The notes beneath the pieces were generated by a model. That model had not been told where the DNA came from and did not search any database. It saw only the letters and a program-made list of their open reading frames with translations. A DNA stretch of 64,000 nt from NCBI GenBank assembly GCA_038058635.1, contig JBBUAP010000001.1, forward strand, positions 94,157 to 158,156, given 5' to 3'. Shown here piece by piece: positions 1-9,282 of the stretch. Each line of letters starts with the position of its first letter. Within the stretch, counting starts at the first letter, position 1. Both the position numbers and the translations under genes were made by a program. This DNA is from Patescibacteria group bacterium (GTDB taxonomy: Bacteria; Patescibacteriota; UBA1384; 2-12-FULL-50-11).

Positions 1-1839
<1,839 letters not shown>

Positions 1840-1840
<1 letters not shown>

Positions 1841-2418
1841 TGGCAGCACCCACTACTGAAATAACTGGCCACCCAACCGACATTCCCGGGTTGATAGTGT
1901 TCGACGTTACCAGCATGGGCGACGAACGCGGTTGGTTCCAGGAAAAATTTCAAAAAGCTAAACTAGTAGCCGCTGGACTACCCGAAGAGTTCACGGTCGT
2001 TCAAAACAGTATCGCTTACAACCAGAGTCGGGGTGTCACTCGGGGCTTTCATGCCGAAGCCTGGGACAAGTACATCTCGGTTGTGACCGGTAAAATATTA
2101 GTCGCTTATGTTGACCTGCGCTCAGGAGATAGCTTCGGCAAGGTCGTCACTCTGGAGGTTGATAAAAATAAAGCTATCTTCGTTCCGAACGGCGTGGGGA
2201 ACTCTTACCAAACCCTGACGGAAGATGTTTATTATCTTTATAGCGTCAACAAGTACTGGACTCAGGAAGCGCATAAGATTAGTTTATTTGTTAATCTGGC
2301 CGATCCAGATCTCGCAGTTAAATGGCCGATCCCTCTCGACCAAGCAGTACTTTCCGAACGCGATCAGAACCATCCAATGCTAAAGGATATTAAGCCAATG
2401 GTCGTTTCTAATGGCTGA
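1840..2418 (+). CDS. rfbC: dTDP-4-dehydrorhamnose 3,5-epimerase (RmlC)
   Basis: Cupin-type RmlC sequence (FQENHS-like region, GVTRGFHAE). The start overlaps the rfbB stop. Confidence 0.88.
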
Positions 2419-3271
2419 CAACCAAATTCTGATTATTGGCGCCCATGGTCAGCTCGGCCAAGGTTTGCAAGAAAGATTCCCTGGCGCCAGAGCCGTTGAC
2501 CGCGACACCCTTGATATGACCGATGTCAGCGCGGTTGAAAAATACGACTGGTCCGGCATCGACACAATTATTAACGCCGCCGCCTACACCAATGTTGACG
2601 GCGCTGAAACCGAGAAGGGTCGCGTCGCGGCTTGGCAAGCTAACGCTGTTGGCGTCGGTAATCTAGCTATGGTCGCGACCAAAATCGGGGCGACGCTAAT
2701 CCATTTTTCCAGCGACTACGTATTTGATGGCCAAACATTTCCCCACACTGAAACTGAATCACTTTCTCCACTCGGGGTTTACGGCCAAACCAAAGCAGCG
2801 GGTGATATTGTCGTAGCAACCGTCGCCAAGCATTACCTAATCCGCACTTCTTGGGTGATTGGCCAAGGCAAGAACTTCGTTCGGACAATGCTCGGACTAG
2901 CTGAAAAAGGCGTCTCGCCTAGCGTTGTTAGCGACCAGAGCGGTCGACCAACTTTCGTTGGCCAGCTAGTTGACGCTGTTGATCACCTGATTAAAACAAA
3001 CGCCGAATTCGGAACCTATAACGTTTCTAACGACGGCCCGGTCGTTTCTTGGGCTGATTTAGCTAGGAAAGTGTTCGAGCTCGGTAAGTTTAGCGACATA
3101 AGGGTAACTGATATTACGACCGTGGAGTACAACGGCACCAAGCCGCTAGTCGCACCGCGGCCACCCCACGGCGAGTTTGACTTGAGTAAAATCGCCGCAA
3201 CTGGCCTAAAACTACGAAATTGGACTGAAGACCTGGCCACCTACATCAAGACCGAGAAATCGGCTGATTAA
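2411..3271 (+). CDS. rfbD: dTDP-4-dehydrorhamnose reductase (RmlD)
   Basis: N-terminus ILIIGAHGQLG is a Rossmann fold and the size and order fit RmlD. Overlaps the rfbC end by 8 nt. Confidence 0.82.
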   Translation: MADNQILIIGAHGQLGQGLQERFPGARAVDRDTLDMTDVSAVEKYDWSGIDTIINAAAYTNVDGAETEKGRVAAWQANAVGVGNLAMVATKIGATLIHFSSDYVFDGQTFPHTETESLSPLGVYGQTKAAGDIVVATVAKHYLIRTSWVIGQGKNFVRTMLGLAEKGVSPSVVSDQSGRPTFVGQLVDAVDHLIKTNAEFGTYNVSNDGPVVSWADLARKVFELGKFSDIRVTDITTVEYNGTKPLVAPRPPHGEFDLSKIAATGLKLRNWTEDLATYIKTEKSAD

Positions 3272-3795
3272 ATCCGTAGGAGTCGGGCAAAGCGGTCGGA
3301 AATTGGCTCGTCTTTGTGGGCGTGAAAGGGTAGCTCGAGCGAAAGGGCTAGAAGTACCGACTCTACTTGGTGATCAGGCACCGCGAAGTGGAGAACTGGC
3401 TTGAGATTCGGCCGCTCCAAGTAGACGGTGATTTCGCCCGAAACTTCGGAAATCCAAAAGTTTTTTAGCTGGTGGTAAGCCCAGAACCCATCGCCCCAAC
3501 CAACTCCTCTCGGTGTTATCTCGATTTTCCTGGATTCGGGTCGAAGATGGGCTAGGCGAAAGATAGCTATCCCAGCCGCGACCACGACGACGGCAAAGAG
3601 GTAGTTTTTGACGCTAATCGAGGCGTAAAGCCCAACCAACAACAGTAGCCCGATACCGATATACCAGAGTTCGTTTTTAGCGTGATGCGGAAATTCTTGC
3701 GACTCAAAACTGATGCGCAGTTCTTTTTCGGTAACAAGTTTAGCCTGACGGTGTTTTGGACGCGACTTAACTTCTTTTTTCTTAGATGTAGTCAT
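3268..3795 (-). CDS. Hypothetical membrane protein. It has a basic N-terminus, a likely pair of TM helices and a soluble C-terminal domain.
   Basis: 175-aa ORF with hydrophobic segments (WYIGIGLLLLVGLYA, LFAVVVVAAGIAIF). No recognisable catalytic motif. Confidence 0.45.
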   Translation of the reverse strand: MTTSKKKEVKSRPKHRQAKLVTEKELRISFESQEFPHHAKNELWYIGIGLLLLVGLYASISVKNYLFAVVVVAAGIAIFRLAHLRPESRKIEITPRGVGWGDGFWAYHQLKNFWISEVSGEITVYLERPNLKPVLHFAVPDHQVESVLLALSLELPFHAHKDEPISDRFARLLRI

Positions 3796-4174
3796 CTTGA
3801 GTATTTATGCGAGAGACGAACATTAGTGACATTACCTCTCCATACTAGCAGATTGCCCTTCAACTCGCTTCGCTTTAGCCTGAGCTAAAGTCGAAGGCTC
3901 GTTCAGGGTTCTTCGGCTTTTTGTAGCTACGCCTTACCCACCAAGCGCTTTACTCGAAAGGTTTACTCTGTCTTCGACTCTGAGGGATGAGCCCTCAGGC
4001 TCAGACTCGAACGAGAGCGAACGGTAGTGAGTCGAAGAGCGGAGACGCCTGGACGCCATTCGCACTCAGATCATATCTGGAAAGTACTACTTCGGAAAGT
4101 TCCGTCTACCGAACGAAAGCGCTTGATTATGAAGAGCCGCCCCAAGCTCTGGCAGGGGGCGGCGGTACGTTGGA

Positions 4175-4741
4175 TCACTCATCTCGAGCGGACAACTCGA
4201 CTGCACGAGCTATGGTTTCCTCGAGAGTCTCGTAGATAGGAAATTCCCGGTTGAGTGCCCGTTCAAAGTTGTGATGGATAACGTCGAGGCCGGGGAAATC
4301 CTTCTCGGCTCCAACCACAACCCTAAGGTCTGGCTCATGCATCATCCGACCTCGCCACTCACCCAACTCACCATACGAGTCGCGCGCGTAGGGATGACCG
4401 TCCGTTCTCGGGGAATTCGGACTCTCGCATGGGAGCCAGAAGATCACGCATCCTCCGAAGACGGATTTGGCAGCGATTTCTAGGCACTGACGCTCCCAAG
4501 TTGTCTGGCGACTGAACCTTGTCTCGTCGAGCCCGTCACATCTGTGTTGGTACAGCGGATGTTCTGGCTTCCAACGGCAAGGGACAACAACCTGGAAGTC
4601 TGCGTCTTGAACCTCCTCCAGGAGCTCTAGACATGCAGCGTGTTGCCAATCGCCCCCACCCTTAATGGGTCCAGCTAGGAAAAACGTTGGGTAGCTGGCG
4701 CTACCATCTTCTATGAACTGTTTCGGTAGTATAAGTTGCAA
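4175..4741 (-). CDS. Nucleoside 2-deoxyribosyltransferase-like (Rossmann/SLOG-type) protein
   Basis: FFLAGPIKGGGDW near the N-terminus and DSYGELGEW near the C-terminus resemble the NDT-family FLAGP and D-x-G-T-x-FELG motifs. Local GC looks slightly above neighbours. Confidence 0.35.
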   Translation of the reverse strand: MQLILPKQFIEDGSASYPTFFLAGPIKGGGDWQHAACLELLEEVQDADFQVVVPCRWKPEHPLYQHRCDGLDETRFSRQTTWERQCLEIAAKSVFGGCVIFWLPCESPNSPRTDGHPYARDSYGELGEWRGRMMHEPDLRVVVGAEKDFPGLDVIHHNFERALNREFPIYETLEETIARAVELSARDE

Positions 4742-4841
4742 ATCCGACCTCCTAACACCTGAGTGTTTCTGGCCGGATCATATCAATAAATCTTCCTCGG
4801 ATCAAGCGTGTCAAATAGAGTTTCGTAGACGAAACTTTCAG

Positions 4842-4928
4842 CGGAAGGGCAGGGATTCGAACCCTGGGACCCCTTACGAGGTCAACACATTAGCAGTGTG
4901 CTCCATTCGGCCACTCTGGCACCCTTCC
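4842..4928 (-). tRNA. tRNA-Ser (anticodon GCT)
   Basis: Reverse complement folds as a class-II tRNA. Acceptor is GGAAGGG/CCCTTCC, anticodon stem GCACA/TGTGT with loop CTGCTAA, a long variable arm, T-arm GGGTTCGAATCCC. No encoded CCA. Confidence 0.85.
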
Positions 4929-5050
4929 AGCTACCAAATTTTACCAGTAAAACCCTTGACTTTCCAGGTTAGATGTGGTAAGGTGTCGACACTAACGGGT
5001 AGTCGCAAGACGAGCCCGAAAGGGCACCCGAACAACAAGGAGCTACGAAA

Positions 5051-5908
5051 ATGAAAAAGGTATTAGTATCCGCTCTCGTCGTTCTGTCGTCGACGCTGGC
5101 CTTCGGCCAGGAGATCGACGACTTGGCTGGCAGAGCTTTCGATCGACCGGCAGTCAAGTGGTTGGCGGAAGTGGAAATCGGCCAGGACAAGAACGGGTGG
5201 AATCCATACGTCTCTGATGAAGAGGTCGTTGCCCGATTCGGCTGGCTAGCCGGGTTGCACGGCGTCGGACTCGGGCCGAACACTCAGGAGCTTCTCCGCG
5301 AGGTCGGAGACGCAGAGCTACGCACTGACCCCGACATTGCCAAGTGGATGAAACCGTCCGCCCGGCAAGCTCAAGGACGGATCAGCGATGTCGGCTGGAG
5401 ATTCCAGCTTGTAGCTGGCGGTGACAGTTCGTCTGGCAACAACGAGTTTGGGATCGGTAGCGTTCGGGTTCAGCTCGAATCTGGCAAAGCCGTTGCGAAG
5501 CTCGGAGTCAAGGTCACGAACCTTACCTCCATGGAAGCGAAGATTTTTTGGTTCGAGGTTTCTCATGCCTCGACCAACTTATCTTCGGCGGAGAACTACT
5601 CATTCTCCAACTTGTTTCGGAAATCTGGCTTGCCAAATTTCCGTTACGACTCCGACCAGGGGAGCGCTGGCAATCGACGAGGTTACATCGTTGTGGCCAA
5701 GCTTTGGTTGAGAATCCACAAGGAGTTCAGCCAGATCACTAACTGGATGAACTCCTTCTCCGACCCTGAGCCCGCTCGCGCCTATGCGCGGCGGGTTCTT
5801 TTTTATTCTTTCCGAGCGGAAGGGGTGGGATTTGAACCCACGATACCTTGCGGTATACCGGTTTTCGAAACCGGCGCACTAGGCCACTATGCGACCCTTC
5901 CAGTGTGA
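5051..5908 (+). CDS. Secreted hypothetical protein (signal peptide MKKVLVSALVVLSSTLAFGQ). The annotated 3' end reads through the antisense tRNA-Ser, so the true stop is uncertain.
   Basis: Long ORF with a classical Sec signal peptide. The last ~30 codons are the reverse-complement translation of tRNA-Ser(CGA). Confidence 0.45.
   Translation: MKKVLVSALVVLSSTLAFGQEIDDLAGRAFDRPAVKWLAEVEIGQDKNGWNPYVSDEEVVARFGWLAGLHGVGLGPNTQELLREVGDAELRTDPDIAKWMKPSARQAQGRISDVGWRFQLVAGGDSSSGNNEFGIGSVRVQLESGKAVAKLGVKVTNLTSMEAKIFWFEVSHASTNLSSAENYSFSNLFRKSGLPNFRYDSDQGSAGNRRGYIVVAKLWLRIHKEFSQITNWMNSFSDPEPARAYARRVLFYSFRAEGVGFEPTIPCGIPVFETGALGHYATLPV
5817..5901 (-). tRNA. tRNA-Ser (anticodon CGA)
   Basis: Reverse complement is GGAAGGGTCGCATAGTGGCC...CCGGTTTCGAAAACCGG...GGGTTCAAATCCCACCCCTTCCG. 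Anticodon loop TTCGAAA, long variable arm. Confidence 0.85.
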
Positions 5909-6040
5909 CGAAGGAGCGATGGTGAGGTCGGACAAGGTTCTGGCTTCGCCAGGTTCTTATGCGACCCCTCTATTGTGACTAAGGAGCGATGGTGAGGTCG
6001 GACGAACTTGCGATAGCAAGTGACATGCGACCCTTCCTGA
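5886..6040. repeat. Tandem, roughly 68-bp repeats that each begin with the first ~14 nt of tRNA-Ser(CGA)
   Basis: tatgcgacccttccagtgtgacgaaggagcgatggtgaggtcggac (from 5888) recurs at 5957 with about 6 mismatches in 47 bp. A third partial copy, atgcgacccttcc, lies at 6025. Units end in different small hairpins (ctggcttcgccag and cttgcgatagcaag). Confidence 0.6.
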
Positions 6041-6104
6041 TGATGACGCCCTCAATTTTATCTCATTATAAAGAAAAAGTCAGTGCTTCCGCTACAATAT
6101 ACTC

Positions 6105-7532
6105 ATGCCTAAGAATATTCAGTCGGTGATTAAGGGGTACTCTCGTCAGAAAGAAGAAGAGCAGACACGCCTAGTGGCAACCGAGAACAAACTGCCCTAT
6201 ATCAATTTAGTTAACTATCCGTTCACCGGCGATGTCTTGGGCTTTATTCCTGAAGGAACAGCCACCAAATTTTCGGTGATTGCTTTCGAGCGGCTGGGCA
6301 ATATTATTCGGGTCGCCACACCGTTCCCGTTCCGACCCGATCTTGACGAACAGATGAACAAGCTGGGGGAGGACGGCAAGGTCCGTTTCGAGCCGTATTT
6401 CTGCTCCCAGACATCGATTGAATACGCTATCAAGCAGTACGCTAAGCTAGTTCGGCCGGCAGCCGAACGAACTAGGGCCCAGGCCGAGAAAGAGTCGGTT
6501 GGGGACTTCCTAAAGAATGTGGCCAACCTGGAAGAGTTCGGCGGCGCTATCCAAAATGTCAGCACCACCAAATTATTCGAAACCATTCTGTCCGGCGCCG
6601 TGGCCTTTAATGCCTCTGATATCCATTTCGAGCCCCAGGCCGAGTTTATCCGCGTTCGTTTCCGGGTTGATGGTGTCCTTCAAGATGTCGCTTCAGTCAG
6701 CGCCGAGTCGTACCGCCTGCTCAACTCCCGAGTTAAGAATCTTTCCGGCCTCAAGCTAAACAAGAATGCTGGAGCCCAAGATGGCCGGTTCTCAATTGAA
6801 ATAGGTAGTGAAAAAATGGATGTTCGCGTCAGTATTCTCCCCGCCACTTACGGCGAGGTGATTGAGCTGCGTTTGCTGACAGGCAAGGCGTTTCTTTCGC
6901 TCGACCAACTGGGGCTTGATGAGGGTGCAAAGGCGGCAATTCTGCGCGCTATCCAGTTCGATACCGGCATGATTATTGTGACCGGCCCGACTGGCGCCGG
7001 TAAAACGACGACGCTCTACGCCATTCTTAAATCCCTCAATACTCCGGATAAAAAAATAATTACCATCGAAGATCCGGTCGAGTATAAGATTGCCGGTATT
7101 GAACAAATTCAAGTCCAGCCCGATCACGGCTTTGATTTTGCCCAAGCCCTGCGGGCGGTCTTACGCCAAGATCCAAATATTATTTTAGTTGGAGAAATTC
7201 GCGATAAGGAAACGGCCGAGATTGCGATTAACGCTTCCTTAACTGGTCATTTAGTCCTAACTACCCTCCACGCCAACTCCGCTCCAGCGACATTTGCCAG
7301 GCTTATCGAAATGGGCGCTCCGGGTCACTTACTTTCCGACGCCATTCGCCTGATTATTGCCCAAAAATTAGTCAAGCGCCCCGAACCCAAGGAAGGCGAA
7401 CCGGGTCGCATGGTCGTCGCACAATACCTCGAACCAACCGCCGAGTACACCGAGCTAATCAAACAAAAAGCCAGTATCCGCGAGTTCGAGGAACTATTCG
7501 AAAAGCTGGGCGACAAGCTCCCTGGAAGTTGA
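6105..7532 (+). CDS. pilB: GspE/PilB-family secretion/pilus-assembly ATPase
   Basis: Walker A GPTGAGKTTT, the Asp/His boxes typical of T2SS-E/PilB ATPases (IITIEDPVEY...ILVGEIRD...TLHANSA) and a T2SE-Nter-like N-domain. Confidence 0.85.
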   Translation: MPKNIQSVIKGYSRQKEEEQTRLVATENKLPYINLVNYPFTGDVLGFIPEGTATKFSVIAFERLGNIIRVATPFPFRPDLDEQMNKLGEDGKVRFEPYFCSQTSIEYAIKQYAKLVRPAAERTRAQAEKESVGDFLKNVANLEEFGGAIQNVSTTKLFETILSGAVAFNASDIHFEPQAEFIRVRFRVDGVLQDVASVSAESYRLLNSRVKNLSGLKLNKNAGAQDGRFSIEIGSEKMDVRVSILPATYGEVIELRLLTGKAFLSLDQLGLDEGAKAAILRAIQFDTGMIIVTGPTGAGKTTTLYAILKSLNTPDKKIITIEDPVEYKIAGIEQIQVQPDHGFDFAQALRAVLRQDPNIILVGEIRDKETAEIAINASLTGHLVLTTLHANSAPATFARLIEMGAPGHLLSDAIRLIIAQKLVKRPEPKEGEPGRMVVAQYLEPTAEYTELIKQKASIREFEELFEKLGDKLPGS

Positions 7533-7540
7533 CCGCCAGG

Positions 7541-7921
7541 CTACGCTGCGTCGCCAAGATTGCCACCCAGAGTGGCGGCAAAACGAAGGATGAAAAAGGC
7601 TAGGACTACTACGACAATTCCGATAATGGCGTTAAGGATCCCCGTTCGAGCTTTAGTGGCCTTTTCGGAGTCACCGCCAGCGGTAATATAGTTGACGCCA
7701 CTCATTATCAGGTAAACGAAGGCCAAAACAGCCACGACTGCCAGCACCCAGCTCATCGCAAACGATATTACTTCTCCAAAAGTTGCCTTGGCGCTACCGC
7801 TATTTGGCGTTTTGCCAAAGGGCTTGAACATATTAAACCAGTTGTCTGCAAGAGCGCCACCACCACTGTCAAACTGGGCGTAGACTCGGCCGATAAAGAA
7901 ACTATTCAGTTTATCAATCAT
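7541..7921 (-). CDS. VirB2/TrbC-like T4SS pilin-family protein (two-TM), paralog 1
   Basis: 126 aa: a ~45-aa non-hydrophobic N-region, TM1, a loop ITAGGDSEKATKAR, then TM2. Strong SD (AGGAGG) before the start and a -35 TTGACA about 80 nt upstream on the minus strand. Confidence 0.6.
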   Translation of the reverse strand: MIDKLNSFFIGRVYAQFDSGGGALADNWFNMFKPFGKTPNSGSAKATFGEVISFAMSWVLAVVAVLAFVYLIMSGVNYITAGGDSEKATKARTGILNAIIGIVVVVLAFFILRFAATLGGNLGDAA

Positions 7922-8024
7922 TATTCCATCTCCTCCTAATTTAAATTATTCATAATGAGAATCACTACTATATGTACTCATATTTCTAGTTTATTTAGGT
8001 GCTGTCAATAGCCGGCAGGATAAC

Positions 8025-8165
8025 TGTACGACTTCCACGAAGGGATTCCATCCCCTCGTGTATAGTCGGCGGGATTCGCCTCCTAACACTTGCGGATTCA
8101 CCGCTCTCTATACACAGCAGGATACTCTGCTGTGGAAGTCGCGCGATTTTATCGCCGACTATAGC
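8025..8165. ncRNA. Candidate structured RNA or cis-regulatory element between pilin paralogs 1 and 2; strand undetermined
   Basis: Four short GC-rich hairpins sit at 8035-8055, 8065-8077, 8089-8101 and 8111-8130. Two long-range complementary pairs interleave them pseudoknot-style: cgacttccac (8025) with gtggaagtcg (8129), and tatagtcggcg (8059) with cgccgactata (8151). No credible ORF. Confidence 0.3.
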
Positions 8166-8220
8166 GACCAGGTAACGGTCGCTTCAGCAGCGCTATCTCG
8201 CTGTCGATGGCCACCATTCG

Positions 8221-8577
8221 CTAACCGTTATATCCAAGCAAGGCAATGAAGAAGTGAATGATGAAGCGAGAAAGTACTGCGATCGCAAAGCCGATAATGG
8301 CGTATTGGAGAGTTTTCTTGGCGGCAGCGTATTTGGCCTCATCACCAAAGGCGGTGAACATCATATAGCCGGCCTTAATGATGTAGCAGAAGGCAATAAA
8401 GGCGGCGACAGCCGAGAGAATGTCGGTGTAGTGCGCAATACTGTTTGTGAGACAAGACTGCAAGCTTTCTCTCGCTTCAAGAATTTCCTTTCGTAACAGC
8501 GCGTTCTCTGGCGCATCAGGATCGAGAAAGCAATTCGCTAAGAAAAAGTCTTTGAGCGGTTGGCCAAAGATTGTCAT
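8221..8577 (-). CDS. VirB2/TrbC-like pilin-family protein, paralog 2
   Basis: 118 aa with the same architecture (TM1, FTAFGDEAKYAAAKK, TM2). Confidence 0.55.
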   Translation of the reverse strand: MTIFGQPLKDFFLANCFLDPDAPENALLRKEILEARESLQSCLTNSIAHYTDILSAVAAFIAFCYIIKAGYMMFTAFGDEAKYAAAKKTLQYAIIGFAIAVLSRFIIHFFIALLGYNG

Positions 8578-8921
8578 GGTGTCGGAGCACCGATAAGAGC
8601 GCCCGTTAAGCTAAAGACAAATTTAATAATGAAATACGAGAGAACGATAACGACGACACCCACGATAGACCAAATGAGGTTTTTCTTGCCAGCGGCAAAT
8701 TTAGTGGCGTCACCACCAGCAGTGATCATCATCACGCCAGAGTAGATGATGCCGACGAAGGCAGCGGCAGCGAGAAAGGCAAAAATAAGACTGGTCACGG
8801 TTTCCTGCAGGTTGTAGTTGCCAGGATTATTCGGATCATATAGGCCGGGCGGAAGGTTGAGTTTGATGTCGTCAGCAGCAGCAACGGTGCGACCAAGAAA
8901 TATTGAGAATACTTGACTCAT
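8574..8921 (-). CDS. VirB2/TrbC-like pilin-family protein, paralog 3
   Basis: 115 aa with TM1, ITAGGDATKFAAGKK and TM2. Overlaps paralog 2 by 4 nt. Confidence 0.6.
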   Translation of the reverse strand: MSQVFSIFLGRTVAAADDIKLNLPPGLYDPNNPGNYNLQETVTSLIFAFLAAAAFVGIIYSGVMMITAGGDATKFAAGKKNLIWSIVGVVVIVLSYFIIKFVFSLTGALIGAPTP

Positions 8922-8923
8922 TG

Positions 8924-9271
8924 TCAGCTAGTAGAGATGCCTAGAGTCGGCAGAATCAGCTTTATTAGTAATAAAATTGCTAGGCCAGTTAAGCAGCCGG
9001 CGATCAATTCCTTCGCCAATGCGATTTTACTGGCCTCGCCCTCGCTTTGGGCATACAGAATGCCGGCGTAGATTGTAATCAAAACCGATATGGCGATGGC
9101 GACAATAATCCCGACATTGACCAAGGAAGAAAAGTATTCCTGGAATGTAACTGGAACTTCCGGACATTTGCCACCGTTAGCATTTTTAATAGCTTCCGTG
9201 CAGTTGCCAATAGGCAATCCGGGCTGAAACTTCCCTTGAGCCAGAACGCTTGCTATCAACCAGTCTTTCAT
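8924..9271 (-). CDS. VirB2/TrbC-like pilin-family protein, paralog 4
   Basis: 115 aa with TM1, YAQSEGEASKIALAKE and TM2. Cys-containing N-region. Confidence 0.5.
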   Translation of the reverse strand: MKDWLIASVLAQGKFQPGLPIGNCTEAIKNANGGKCPEVPVTFQEYFSSLVNVGIIVAIAISVLITIYAGILYAQSEGEASKIALAKELIAGCLTGLAILLLIKLILPTLGISTS

Positions 9272-9282
9272 TAATTTAGTAA

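Noticed and set aside
3987-4239. Two overlapping plus-strand ORFs of 82 and 70 aa in the 380-nt gap
   Set aside because: No SD, they overlap each other, and the translations are low complexity. The region was reported as possible ncRNA instead.
8058-8249. A 63-aa plus-strand ORF across the structured inter-pilin region
   Set aside because: It overlaps the hairpin-dense element and has no start context. Structure is the more parsimonious explanation.
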